Position numbers and translations under genes: made by a program. 64,000 nt of DNA, from NCBI GenBank assembly GCA_964470695.1, contig CAYYDR010000001.1, forward strand, positions 273,997-337,996, read 5' to 3'. The notes under the pieces were generated by a model. It searched no databases, was not told where the DNA came from, and was given only the letters and a program-made list of their open reading frames with translations. Source of the DNA: an uncultured Gammaproteobacteria bacterium (GTDB lineage: Bacteria > Patescibacteriota > Patescibacteriia > Patescibacteriales > UBA12465). This document shows positions 8,052-17,560 of this stretch, piece after piece (positions within the stretch are counted from its first letter, which is position 1; each line of letters starts with the position of its first letter).

Positions 8052-10727
8052 ATGCCTAAAGAAAAAATAGTTTTTACAGATGAACAAGATAACGGTGGCC
8101 GCGGCGCCTGGTTTAAAGGACGGTTTTTGTTTTGGGGAATGTCTTTAAAGCGATCAACGATTAGTCTGGCCAGAATTAAGGAGAAAATTGATCAGATTGC
8201 TTCATTTTTTGGCTGGCTAGTTATTTTTACTGGTTGGGCTTGTTTCGGTTTCTGGCTATATCTTCACCAAGCTGATTGGTTGGCTAACCCCATGTCGCTG
8301 CTTTTCTTTTGGAAACGTTTTAATCCTTTTATATTATTTTTCCTTTTATCGCTTTGGTTTAATCTTTTCTTGATTTATCGCCATAGCGAGAATAAGGCGG
8401 CTCTTAATAAAATTAATTACCGCTTATTTAGCGATAAGGGGAAAAAGAGGGGCAGCAAGAGATATGATGTGGCTAAAGCTTATTCCCCAGAAAGCGTTAG
8501 AATGATTTCTGAGGCCTATCTTTTAGCGCGCCGTTTGCGGCAAGGCCGAGTAGAAGTTATTCATTTATTCCGCGTTCTTTTACAGAACAAAGAAATCCAA
8601 AATTTATTTATTCGTTTAAACGTTGACGCTAAGAGGCTGGTAGAAATGGTTGATAGACGTTTAGCTAAGCCGCAGGATGATGGCCAGCGCGGCGCCGTAG
8701 AATTATCACCCGCCCTTCAAGAGGCTTTGATTTTAGCCTTTACTGATGCCTGCGGAGAAGAGCAGTCTAGCGTTGATGTTTTGAATGTTATTCTTTTTTG
8801 CTACGAGCAAGAGCCGATTCTGGCGGAAATCCTCTATGAGTTAGAATTGGACCAGGATAAAATAGCTAATACAGTCGCTTGGTTTAGAGTTAACCGGCGC
8901 CTGTCAACCCGTTATCGTAATTATCGCCGTCTTGCCGTTATGAAACCGGGCAGTAATATGAATCGTTCTTATACGGCTATTGAGACGCCGACGCTTGATC
9001 ATTTTTCTAGCGACTTAACCATCCAGGCTAAATTAGGAAATTTAGAAGTTTGTGTCGGCAGGGATAAGGAAATTGCTAGTATTTTTGATTCTCTAACTGG
9101 CGGTCATAACGGCGTGCTGTTAGTCGGGCCGACCGGAGTCGGCAAGAGCACAATTATTGGCGGCATAGCTCAGCTAATGGTGGAAGAGAGGGTCCCCGCT
9201 TTTCTTAAAGATAAGCGCTTAGTAGAGTTAGATGCCGCTCGTCTTATCGCCGGAGTTGACGCTTCTCAGATTCAGGAGCGCCTTTTGCATAGCCTGAGAG
9301 AAATTAATCGCTCGGGAAATATTATTCTTTATATTGATAATTTAGAAACCTTAATTGGTATTAGGGCCGGCGGCCAGGGAGGCCTAGATTTATCTGAGGT
9401 TCTCTCTAATGCTTTAAGCAAAAAAGAAATATTTTGCTTGGCTTCCGCCACAACAGAAAATTATTCCCGCTATATTGAAAATAAGACTATCGGTGATATT
9501 ATGACGACTATCGGCGTTAAGGAGCCGGAGACTAACGAGGCTATCCAGATTTTGGAAAGCAAGGTTAGTTTTTTGGAGGCTAAATATGATATCTATATAG
9601 TTTATAGCGCGATTGAACAGGCTGTTATCATGTCTACTCGCTATCTGCATGAGAAATTTTTACCCCTCAAAGCTTTGAATTTATTAGAAAAAGCGGCAAT
9701 TATCAGTTCTAAAAAAGTTAACAATAATCCCGCCCAATGTTTTTGCGGCCGGGAAGAAGTGGCTGAGGCAATTAGTGAACTAACCGGTATTCCGGCTAGT
9801 AAAGTTACTGCCTCAGAAACGCATAAGCTTTTGAATTTAGAAACAGAAATACATCATCGCTTAGTTGATCAAGTGGAGGCTGTGAGCGCCGTGTCGGCTA
9901 GTTTGCGCCGCGCTAGAGCGGAATTGAAAGATAGTAAGCGGCCGATTGCTAGTTTTCTATTCTTAGGCCCGACTGGCGTTGGTAAGACCGAGCTGGCCAA
10001 GTCAGTTAGCCAGGTTTATTTTGGCGATGAAGACTATTTGATTAGGCTGGACATGAGCGAATATCAATCGGCTGACAGCGTCCGGAAAATGATTGGTGAT
10101 GTTGATGGCACTTTAGGGTATTTAACTGAAGCGGTCCGTAAAAAGCCTTTTGCCTTGGTTCTTTTGGATGAAATTGAGAAAGCTAACCCCGATATTCTTA
10201 ATTTATTTTTGCAACTTTTAGATGATGGCCGTTTAACTGATGGCCAGGGGCGTACTATTAGTTTCTCGGAATCCATTATTATTGCTACTTCTAATATCGG
10301 CGCCGTTTATATCCAGGACCAAATCAAGTCTGAGACGCCGCTCCATTTGATTAAGCAGGAGTTGATTGATAACCAATTAAATAAGTACATGCGGCCGGAA
10401 CTTATTAATCGTTTTGACGGCATTATTGTTTTCAAGCCCTTAAGCGAAGAAGATATTGTCTCCATTACAACTCTCATGCTTAAGAAAATTAAAAAGAATT
10501 TAGCGGAGAAGGGAATAAATCTTAAAGCCGATAAAGACGGGGTCAGTATTTTAGCTCATGCCGGTTATGACCCTAAATTTGGTGCCCGTCCCCTGCGCCG
10601 CTTACTTCAAGAAAGAGTAGAAGATGGTATTGCTAGTAAAATTTTAGCCGGCGATTTGCGCCGCCGTGATACCGTTATTATTAACCGCCGCGGGGAAGTG
10701 GAAATAGAAAAGGCCAGCGAATTATAA
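8052..10727 (+). CDS. Membrane-anchored Clp/Hsp100-family AAA+ ATPase (ClpA/ClpC-like, two NBDs)
   Basis: 891 aa. The N-terminal approximately 115 aa has hydrophobic helices (FFGWLVIFTGWACFGFWLYL, FILFFLLSLWFNLFLIY). These are followed by two Clp-N-like repeats, then NBD1 (GPTGVGKS; Walker B YIDNLE) and NBD2 (GPTGVGKT; LLDEIEKA; GARPLRR). GGAG sits 8 nt upstream of the ATG. Confidence 0.85.
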   Translation: MPKEKIVFTDEQDNGGRGAWFKGRFLFWGMSLKRSTISLARIKEKIDQIASFFGWLVIFTGWACFGFWLYLHQADWLANPMSLLFFWKRFNPFILFFLLSLWFNLFLIYRHSENKAALNKINYRLFSDKGKKRGSKRYDVAKAYSPESVRMISEAYLLARRLRQGRVEVIHLFRVLLQNKEIQNLFIRLNVDAKRLVEMVDRRLAKPQDDGQRGAVELSPALQEALILAFTDACGEEQSSVDVLNVILFCYEQEPILAEILYELELDQDKIANTVAWFRVNRRLSTRYRNYRRLAVMKPGSNMNRSYTAIETPTLDHFSSDLTIQAKLGNLEVCVGRDKEIASIFDSLTGGHNGVLLVGPTGVGKSTIIGGIAQLMVEERVPAFLKDKRLVELDAARLIAGVDASQIQERLLHSLREINRSGNIILYIDNLETLIGIRAGGQGGLDLSEVLSNALSKKEIFCLASATTENYSRYIENKTIGDIMTTIGVKEPETNEAIQILESKVSFLEAKYDIYIVYSAIEQAVIMSTRYLHEKFLPLKALNLLEKAAIISSKKVNNNPAQCFCGREEVAEAISELTGIPASKVTASETHKLLNLETEIHHRLVDQVEAVSAVSASLRRARAELKDSKRPIASFLFLGPTGVGKTELAKSVSQVYFGDEDYLIRLDMSEYQSADSVRKMIGDVDGTLGYLTEAVRKKPFALVLLDEIEKANPDILNLFLQLLDDGRLTDGQGRTISFSESIIIATSNIGAVYIQDQIKSETPLHLIKQELIDNQLNKYMRPELINRFDGIIVFKPLSEEDIVSITTLMLKKIKKNLAEKGINLKADKDGVSILAHAGYDPKFGARPLRRLLQERVEDGIASKILAGDLRRRDTVIINRRGEVEIEKASEL

Positions 10728-10730
10728 TTT

Positions 10731-11780
10731 ATGTTTTATTTGCTCGTTTGTTTAGTGGCTTTAGTAATTACCGCTCTTCTGACCGTCCTGGTTAAGCGGA
10801 TTGCTTTGTCGCAGGCGATTGTTGATGAGCCTGATATATCTAAAATTAACAGCCGTAAAATTCATGTCCAAGCTATACCTCTTTTAGGCGGTCTAGCTAT
10901 TTTTTTAGGTTATTTCGGATTATTATTTTTTTGGTCTGATCATTTTTTATCGGGCAATTTAGTTTTTAGCCATTTGGTCGGCTTTTTCTTAGGCGCTTTG
11001 ATAATTATTATTGGCGGAATTTTAGATGATAAGTATAATTTATTGCCGCGTTATCAAATAATTTTCCCCTTGCTGGCGGTGGCCTTTGTTATTTTAGGCG
11101 GAGTAGAAATAACTAAGATTAGCAATCCTCTCGGCGGGTTTTTCAATCTTCGCGACTTAGCCTTCTTTTCTCCTTTTGTTATTGCTCTCTGGCTGATGGG
11201 CATGATGTATACGACTAAATTATTAGATGGCGTAGACGGCTTAGTTTCTGGTTTGGGAGCTATCGGCGGCTTCATAATTTTTTTGTTTACTATTACTACT
11301 CGTTACTATCAGCCCGACATTGCTTTTGCTGCTATTTTATTAACCGGAGCGGCGCTTGGTTTTTTAATTTTTAATTGGCATCCAGCCAAGATTTTTTTAG
11401 GCGAAGGAGGCTCAATTTTAATTGGTTATATCTTGGGAGTTTTGGCGATTATTTCAGGCGGTAAAATAGCCATCGCCCTTTTAGTCATGGGAATACCGAT
11501 TTTAGATGTGGCCTGGACTATAATCCGCCGTTTGGCGGCCGGTCGCAATCCTTTTAAATTTTCCGATCGCCAGCATTTACATCATCGCCTTCTGTCGCTC
11601 GGCTTAGGCCAGCGGATGACGGTGGTAATTTTTTATATTTTATCTTTGGTCTTCGGTTTGAGCGGTTTATTTTTACAGAGCAAAGGAAAGCTGTGGGCGC
11701 TCATCGGCCTGGTCGTTATAATGTTTTTACTAGTAATCAGTTTTTGGATTGCCGATCGCTCTCAATCTAAAATTAATTAA
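10731..11780 (+). CDS. Polyprenyl-phosphate N-acetylhexosamine-1-phosphate transferase (MraY/WecA family, GT4)
   Basis: 349 aa polytopic membrane protein. DDKYNL, TKLLDGVDGL and FLGEGGS motifs are characteristic of the MraY/WecA family. Confidence 0.8.
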   Translation: MFYLLVCLVALVITALLTVLVKRIALSQAIVDEPDISKINSRKIHVQAIPLLGGLAIFLGYFGLLFFWSDHFLSGNLVFSHLVGFFLGALIIIIGGILDDKYNLLPRYQIIFPLLAVAFVILGGVEITKISNPLGGFFNLRDLAFFSPFVIALWLMGMMYTTKLLDGVDGLVSGLGAIGGFIIFLFTITTRYYQPDIAFAAILLTGAALGFLIFNWHPAKIFLGEGGSILIGYILGVLAIISGGKIAIALLVMGIPILDVAWTIIRRLAAGRNPFKFSDRQHLHHRLLSLGLGQRMTVVIFYILSLVFGLSGLFLQSKGKLWALIGLVVIMFLLVISFWIADRSQSKIN

Positions 11781-11786
11781 TTTATA

Positions 11787-12341
11787 ATGGAAAATATAAA
11801 GCCAAAATTATTATTGCAGATTTGTTGCGCTCCTTGCGGTACCTACATCAGTCATGAGCGCTTAGCGCCACGCTATGATTTGACTTGGTATTTTTATAAT
11901 CCCAATCTCTGTTGTCTAGAAGAATATGAAAAACGCCTGGCGATGGTTCGCCTTATGGCTGAAAAGTTTAATTTTTCTTTGATAGTTGAGCCTTATAATC
12001 ATGAGCCCTGGCGCAAAATCATCTGTGGTCGGGAGACCGATCCAGAGCGGGGAGAGCGTTGCCAAATTTGTTACCGCAATCGCTTGGTTAAAACCGCCCA
12101 GCTCGCCAAAGAGAAGGGTTTTGATTTTTTTGGCACCACTCTTTTAGTTAGCCCCTATAAAGACACGGAGGCAATTAAAAAAATTGGCCAAGAAATGGCG
12201 GGCGAATATGGCGTGGAATTTCTAGGCGAAGATTTTCAGGCCGATGATGGCTATCGCCGTTCGCAAAATTTAGCTAAAGAACTCGGTCTTTATAGGCAGA
12301 AATTTTGCGGTTGCGAATATTCTCTAAATCAGAAGTTATGA
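11787..12341 (+). CDS. queH: Epoxyqueuosine reductase QueH (DUF208)
   Basis: 184 aa. LLQICCAPC, CQICYRNR and FCGCEYS cysteine motifs typical of QueH. Confidence 0.85.
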   Translation: MENIKPKLLLQICCAPCGTYISHERLAPRYDLTWYFYNPNLCCLEEYEKRLAMVRLMAEKFNFSLIVEPYNHEPWRKIICGRETDPERGERCQICYRNRLVKTAQLAKEKGFDFFGTTLLVSPYKDTEAIKKIGQEMAGEYGVEFLGEDFQADDGYRRSQNLAKELGLYRQKFCGCEYSLNQKL

Positions 12342-13132
12342 CGAATTTAAATAAGGAAGAGGGTGGGTTATTGTTAAAAATAAAATTAGCAACCAGCTTA
12401 CTTTTAATGACTGGTTGGTTTATATTATTTCCTGTTTCGGTTTTAGCCCAGGATAATAATTTGGCCGGTGAGCCGGATTTAGTCCAGATTGAACAAACGC
12501 CTGGAGCTAGCCTGACTCAGGCGCCCGCCGACTACGACCAGGACGGGTATTCTGATGAGACAGAAATTAAGCAGGGCTATTCGCCTTTTAACGCTGAGCC
12601 GGTTAAGGCGGAAAAAAGCGATATTGATAAAGACGGCCTGTCTGATGCTTGGGAAATAAAATTTAAGACTGATGCTTTAAATTCCGATAGTGACGGCGAT
12701 GGCTTTTTAGATGGTTTGGAAGTTGATTTGGCTTATGACCCCATGTCTAGCTCTACTAAAAAATTATCCCAAAAAATAGAAATAAATTTAAAGAAGCAGC
12801 AGCTAGCCTACTTGGTTGCTGGCCAGACTTGGAAGACATTCACGGTTTCTACTGGCAAGGCCGCCATGCCGACGCCCAAGGGCAGCTATAAAATAATAAA
12901 TAAGAATAAAAAGGCCTGGTCTAAATCTTATGGCCTCTGGATGCCTTATTGGATGGGTTTGGGTAATGGGCAGTTTGGCATGCATGAACTGCCGGTCTGG
13001 CCGAGCGGCTATCGCGAAGGGGAGGATCATTTAGGCAAACCCGTTTCTCATGGCTGTATCCGCTTAGGGGTTGGTTCTGCTCAGTATATATATGATAGAG
13101 TCGTGGTTGGCACCGAAGTAACTATAAAATAA
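12338..13132 (+). CDS. L,D-transpeptidase (YkuD domain) with thrombospondin-type-3-like Asp-rich repeats
   Basis: C-terminal YkuD catalytic motif HGCIRL. The N-terminal half has DxDxDG repeats (DYDQDGYSDETE, DIDKDGLSDAWE, DSDGDGFLDGLE). I place the start at ATG 12338 (ATGA overlap with the queH stop) rather than the TTG at 12305. Confidence 0.8.
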   Translation: MTNLNKEEGGLLLKIKLATSLLLMTGWFILFPVSVLAQDNNLAGEPDLVQIEQTPGASLTQAPADYDQDGYSDETEIKQGYSPFNAEPVKAEKSDIDKDGLSDAWEIKFKTDALNSDSDGDGFLDGLEVDLAYDPMSSSTKKLSQKIEINLKKQQLAYLVAGQTWKTFTVSTGKAAMPTPKGSYKIINKNKKAWSKSYGLWMPYWMGLGNGQFGMHELPVWPSGYREGEDHLGKPVSHGCIRLGVGSAQYIYDRVVVGTEVTIK

Positions 13133-13157
13133 GTTATTATAAAATAGATGAGATTTG

Positions 13158-13166
13158 TGTTATAAT
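13158..13166 (+). promoter_or_regulatory. Extended -10 promoter element (TGTTATAAT)
   Basis: TGnTATAAT match about 36 nt upstream of the 13202 start. Confidence 0.5.
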
Positions 13167-13201
13167 TAGCTTAGCTATTAATACGCTAAATTTTTTGTTT
13201 T

Positions 13202-15628
13202 ATGTCAAAAAAAATTTTTAAACTTTCTCTCAGTTTGTTGGCTTTAGTCTTTTTATTAAGTGCTTGCACTTTGCCTTGGAAAAAGAAGGTGGCACCTGGC
13301 TCAGAAACGGTCGTACCAACGGAAGAGCAGGGCTCAACCGCTGAAGAGGTTATATTAACCAATACTAGCCGTTTGAAGAAATTTAATAATTACGAGGAAT
13401 TGGCTAAATTTTTAGCGGAAAATAGTAATCCGGAAGTCGGGTCAACCAGAGGGTTGATGATAGACAGTGTGATGACCAAAACTTTCGCACCGGTGGCTCA
13501 ATCTATGGGCCTCGTTAATTCTATGGCAGCGGAAAGTTCAGCCGGCGCGTCTGCTAATAGTAATGTGCCTAATAATTCTTTAGACTATTCCAGTACTAAT
13601 AATCAGGTGCAAGGAGTAGATGAGGCGGACATCATTAAGACGGATGGGAACTATATTTATGCTTTAGTTAAGAATGAGCTATCTATTATTAAGGCGTCTC
13701 CGGCTAGCGAAGCTAGTGTTGTTAGCAAAATAACTTTTAAATCTCGCCCGCAAGATTTATTTATTGATGGTCAGTTCTTAGCGGTTTTTGGTTCGGACTC
13801 ACAGATTTATAATCAACCAGTTTATCAATCTTTCCGCCGTCAAAACCCTTATACCTTTTTTAAGGTTTTTGATATCAGTGACCCGGTTAACCCTAAACAG
13901 GTTCGTGACTTAAATTTTGAGGGTTCATATTTTGAAGCGCGATTAATTGGCGATTATGTTTACTTTATCACTAATACTTATAATAGCTATGTAACTAATG
14001 AGCCGGTTGTCCCGCGTGTTCTTGATAATGGCCAAGCCCTGTCCTTGAAATGCGAGGCGGACACTAAGTGTTTTGCTCCTGATGTTTATTATTTTGATAT
14101 TCCTTACGATTCTTATAGTTTCACAAATATTACAGCGATTAATATTAAAAATAATACGGAGGCTATTAGCGGTCAGGCCTATCTTCTCAGCAGCGGTCAA
14201 AATCTTTATGTTTCCCAGAAAAATATTTATATTACCTATACTCAATATTTAAGTGAGTACGATTTAGAACAGGATGTTAAGAAAGAGCTCGTTAAGCCGA
14301 AATTGTCAGCCGATGATCAAGATAAAATAGTAAAAATTGAGGCGGCGCCTAATTTCCTCCTTAATAATAATGAGAAGAAGATAAAAATCGCTCAAATCAT
14401 TGATCGTTATTTAGCTTCTTTGGACGTAGCGTCCCAGACTTCTTTAAGTACAGAAATAGACGAAGCGCTAAAGCAGAAGTTAACCGAAAAGGCTAAGGAG
14501 ATGGAAAAGACGGTTATCCATAAAATAGCGATTAATGGCAATAAGATAGAATACCGCGCTATGGGCGAGGTCAGCGGCCATATTTTAAACCAGTTTTCCT
14601 TAGATGAAAATAATGATTATTTCCGCTTAGCGACAACGCGCAGTCAGCAGTGGTCTCGTCTCAGCAGTGTTTCAGCTGATTCTTATAGTAATATTTATGT
14701 GCTTGATGCTGATTTGAAGTTAGTGGGCAGTTTGGAAAATATTGCCACCACGGAGAGAATATACGCCGCCCGTTTTATTGGCGAACGTGTTTATTTAGTT
14801 ACTTTTAAGCAGACCGATCCGCTTTTCGTTATTAGTCTGGCTAATCCCGCCAAGCCGACAGTTTTGGGCGCGATTAAAATACCTGGTTTTTCTAATTATC
14901 TTCATCCGGTAGACCCCGATGGTAAGCAATTAATTGGATTAGGCAGAGATACGGAAGAGACTCCTAATGGCGGAGTTAAAGTTAATGGTTTAAAATTATC
15001 GCTCTTTGATTTTACTGATTTAAGCAAGCCGAAGGAGCTAGATAATTATTTAATTGGCGATTCCTCCAGTGATTCTATCGCACTCCAAGATCATAAAGCC
15101 TTTTTATTCTCCGCCGGGAAAAACCTTTTATCTATCCCAGCTGTGCTTAGAGAGAACAACCGCTTGTCCTTCGCTGGCGCTTTAGTCTTTAAGTTAGAGA
15201 ATAATGCTTTTAGTTTGCAGGGAAAGATTGATCATTCGGCGGGCGGGCGCTTCGGGCAGCCAGATTATTGGAACGGCTTTGATTACTATGATAATACGGT
15301 TAAGCGCAGCTTGTATATTAATGATCAATTATTTACTTTTTCTAATAAATTTTTAAAGGTTAATAACCTAAGCGATCTAAAAGAGACAAAATCTTTAGAG
15401 TTGACTAGCGGCGGAGATGATTATATTATTACGCCTGGACCAACGACTGGATTACCGGAGCCTATGCCTGGTTTAGAGACCGGTTTAAACCCCTCTGGCC
15501 CTTCGGCTGTAGTTGAGCCGCCAGTATCATCTCCAGGCGCAACCGCTCCTGCTTCAGGAGCTGGTGCTCCGGGCAGCTTGCCTCCGGCAGCAGCTGAAGC
15601 TCCTGCGTCGGTGCCACCGACTCCTTAA
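13202..15628 (+). CDS. Secreted lipoprotein, beta-propeller-domain-like, with Pro/Ala-rich C-terminal tail
   Basis: 808 aa. Lipobox LLSAC near the N-terminus. The long beta-rich body resembles the secreted beta-propeller-domain family (from memory only). The last approximately 70 aa are P/A/G-rich (PPVSSPGATAPASGAGAPGSLPPAAAEAPASVPPTP). Confidence 0.7.
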   Translation: MSKKIFKLSLSLLALVFLLSACTLPWKKKVAPGSETVVPTEEQGSTAEEVILTNTSRLKKFNNYEELAKFLAENSNPEVGSTRGLMIDSVMTKTFAPVAQSMGLVNSMAAESSAGASANSNVPNNSLDYSSTNNQVQGVDEADIIKTDGNYIYALVKNELSIIKASPASEASVVSKITFKSRPQDLFIDGQFLAVFGSDSQIYNQPVYQSFRRQNPYTFFKVFDISDPVNPKQVRDLNFEGSYFEARLIGDYVYFITNTYNSYVTNEPVVPRVLDNGQALSLKCEADTKCFAPDVYYFDIPYDSYSFTNITAINIKNNTEAISGQAYLLSSGQNLYVSQKNIYITYTQYLSEYDLEQDVKKELVKPKLSADDQDKIVKIEAAPNFLLNNNEKKIKIAQIIDRYLASLDVASQTSLSTEIDEALKQKLTEKAKEMEKTVIHKIAINGNKIEYRAMGEVSGHILNQFSLDENNDYFRLATTRSQQWSRLSSVSADSYSNIYVLDADLKLVGSLENIATTERIYAARFIGERVYLVTFKQTDPLFVISLANPAKPTVLGAIKIPGFSNYLHPVDPDGKQLIGLGRDTEETPNGGVKVNGLKLSLFDFTDLSKPKELDNYLIGDSSSDSIALQDHKAFLFSAGKNLLSIPAVLRENNRLSFAGALVFKLENNAFSLQGKIDHSAGGRFGQPDYWNGFDYYDNTVKRSLYINDQLFTFSNKFLKVNNLSDLKETKSLELTSGGDDYIITPGPTTGLPEPMPGLETGLNPSGPSAVVEPPVSSPGATAPASGAGAPGSLPPAAAEAPASVPPTP

Positions 15629-15632
15629 AATT

Positions 15633-16388
15633 ATGGTTAATAAGCGACTGATTCCAATTTTTACCCCTCTTGTTATCTGGCTTTTTGGCCAAGCTTTTTT
15701 GTTGCAGCCTAAACTATTTTTTTTGGCTTTGCCAATTGGTGCTCTATTAATTGTTTTAAGCGTTAAATACATTATGGGCCGCCATCAAGAAGATTGGCCT
15801 TTGTTTATTAGCGCCCCGCTTTTATTTTGGCTCAGTTTCTCCGGCTATATCGCTATCATTACTAGTAGTTTTCTTATCCAGTTTATTTTATTGTTAGAGC
15901 TTTGGTTTATTTTTATTTATTTGCGTGATTTGTATTATTATTCAAATCAGTCGGAAGCAGAGTGGTCCCCCCGGCTTGATAATCTTTTCATGGCCGGCGG
16001 CTTCCTTACGGTCTTCGCGGCTGGGGCTGTTTTTTTCGCTTTACCTTCCTTTTTGACTGTCCCGCTTGGCCTATCTTTTTTAGCGCTTTATTTAATTCTA
16101 GCTTTATTGCTTAGCCATATATTTGCTAATAAAAAAGATCGCTGGCGTCATTCAATATCTATTTTCGGAGTGGCTCTAGTGGCCTTAGTAGAATTAACAG
16201 GGATATTATCCTTGCTTCCTTTAAACTTTAACGTTCTAGCGCTTTTCTTAGCCTTTATTTATTATTTTTGCTTAACTCTTATCCGTTTACATTACAGCGG
16301 TAGTTTAAATAGACGGGCTTTAAAATTGCCCTTGCTGCTAAGTATCTTGGCGCTTCTAATCTTACTTTTAACGGCCCGTTGGCTATAA
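15633..16388 (+). CDS. Polytopic membrane protein, unknown function
   Basis: Start moved to ATG 15633 (MVNKRLIPIF...), just after the upstream stop. The track's 15513 start overlaps the preceding gene's Pro/Ala tail. Multiple hydrophobic helices. Confidence 0.65.
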   Translation: MVNKRLIPIFTPLVIWLFGQAFLLQPKLFFLALPIGALLIVLSVKYIMGRHQEDWPLFISAPLLFWLSFSGYIAIITSSFLIQFILLLELWFIFIYLRDLYYYSNQSEAEWSPRLDNLFMAGGFLTVFAAGAVFFALPSFLTVPLGLSFLALYLILALLLSHIFANKKDRWRHSISIFGVALVALVELTGILSLLPLNFNVLALFLAFIYYFCLTLIRLHYSGSLNRRALKLPLLLSILALLILLLTARWL

Positions 16389-16399
16389 AATAATTTATT

Positions 16400-17548
16400 A
16401 TGTCTAAAACATTAGGAATAGAAAAGAATTTTTGGGTTTTTATTTCACTGGCTATTATTTTTGGTTTAGCGTCGGGAAGTTTAGCGGCTATTTTGACTAA
16501 GCTCTATCTTTTTAATGATTTTTCTTCCTCTTTCTCTAGCGAATTAAATCTTTCCAATCTTAATGCTAGCAACCCCGGTTTAGTTATCCGCGATGCCAAG
16601 AAAGTGGTGGTTAACCAAGATGTTAAAATCGCCGAGACAGTCAGTAACATCCGTCCAGTTCTGGTCGGCCTATTTAAAGAGCTGCCCGCCTCAGCCGCCT
16701 CGGCTCTAAGTCCCGAATATTATAAGCTAGATAGCCCTTTATTTTTAGGGTTAATAATTACTTCTGATGGCTGGATAGTCGCCCTGCCGTCTAATGATAT
16801 AAAATCGGATTTTAAGATTAAGAATTATGTCGCGATTAGCAGTGATCGCCAGATATATAAAATAGATAAAGTCGCCGATTCTAAGGGCTTGCCAGGAGCG
16901 CCTCTAGTCTTTCATTTAGCCGGAGCGTCTAATTTGCCGGTTAAAAAAATAGTGCCGCGTTCCGCGCTATCGCTTGGAGAAAGCCTTTTGGCCGTTAATA
17001 GTCTTACTTCGGTTTGGCCGACTAGCTTGGTTTCTTTAGATAAGGCAACAGAGATTTTAAATAGCGATACTATTAATGCCCGGCTAAAATTATCCGGCGG
17101 CTCAGACGCCGGTCTAAAGAATTCTTTCGTGTTTGATCTAGCGGGAGATTTGGCGGCGATAGTGACTGATAAGCAAGAAATTGTTCCCGCTTTTTCCTAT
17201 AGTCCGTCCTGGTCATTATTATCCAATAAGAATAAAATCGCCTTGCCTAGCTTGGGCGTAAATTATCTGGACCTTAGCGTTGTTAAAAGTACTAGCCTAA
17301 AGTTAGATAAGGGGGCTTGGCTTTATCCGGCTGGTAATCAGCCGGCGGTTATAAAAGGCGGCGCAGCTGATTTGGCCGGTCTTAAAACTGGTGATGTTAT
17401 TACCTGGGTTAATAACCAGGAAATTGATGCCGGCAATGATCTGGCCGATGTTGTTTCTGCTTATCAGGCCGGTGATAAAATTATTTTAACTTATTCCCGC
17501 GCGGGAGTTGAAAAAGAGGTGGAGGTAAAATTAAAAGAAATAAAATAA
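16400..17548 (+). CDS. Membrane-anchored PDZ-domain protein (HtrA-like architecture, catalytic motif not recognisable)
   Basis: 382 aa. N-terminal TM helix. C-terminal PDZ-like segment (GAADLAGLKTGDVITWVNNQEI...GDKIILTYSRAGVEKEVEVKL). I could not find a GNSGG-type serine motif. Confidence 0.65.
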   Translation: MSKTLGIEKNFWVFISLAIIFGLASGSLAAILTKLYLFNDFSSSFSSELNLSNLNASNPGLVIRDAKKVVVNQDVKIAETVSNIRPVLVGLFKELPASAASALSPEYYKLDSPLFLGLIITSDGWIVALPSNDIKSDFKIKNYVAISSDRQIYKIDKVADSKGLPGAPLVFHLAGASNLPVKKIVPRSALSLGESLLAVNSLTSVWPTSLVSLDKATEILNSDTINARLKLSGGSDAGLKNSFVFDLAGDLAAIVTDKQEIVPAFSYSPSWSLLSNKNKIALPSLGVNYLDLSVVKSTSLKLDKGAWLYPAGNQPAVIKGGAADLAGLKTGDVITWVNNQEIDAGNDLADVVSAYQAGDKIILTYSRAGVEKEVEVKLKEIK

Positions 17549-17560
17549 TAAATTTATTTT

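Noticed and set aside
15513-15632. Upstream extensions of several ORF-track starts (12305, 15513, 23969, 29510, 35773, 36309, 40279, 56940)
   Set aside because: The extensions overlap the preceding gene, a promoter or a terminator and encode low-complexity peptide. Internal ATGs with better context fit conserved N-termini (for example MPELPEVE for MutM and MSKIIVTGGAGFIGS for the epimerase).
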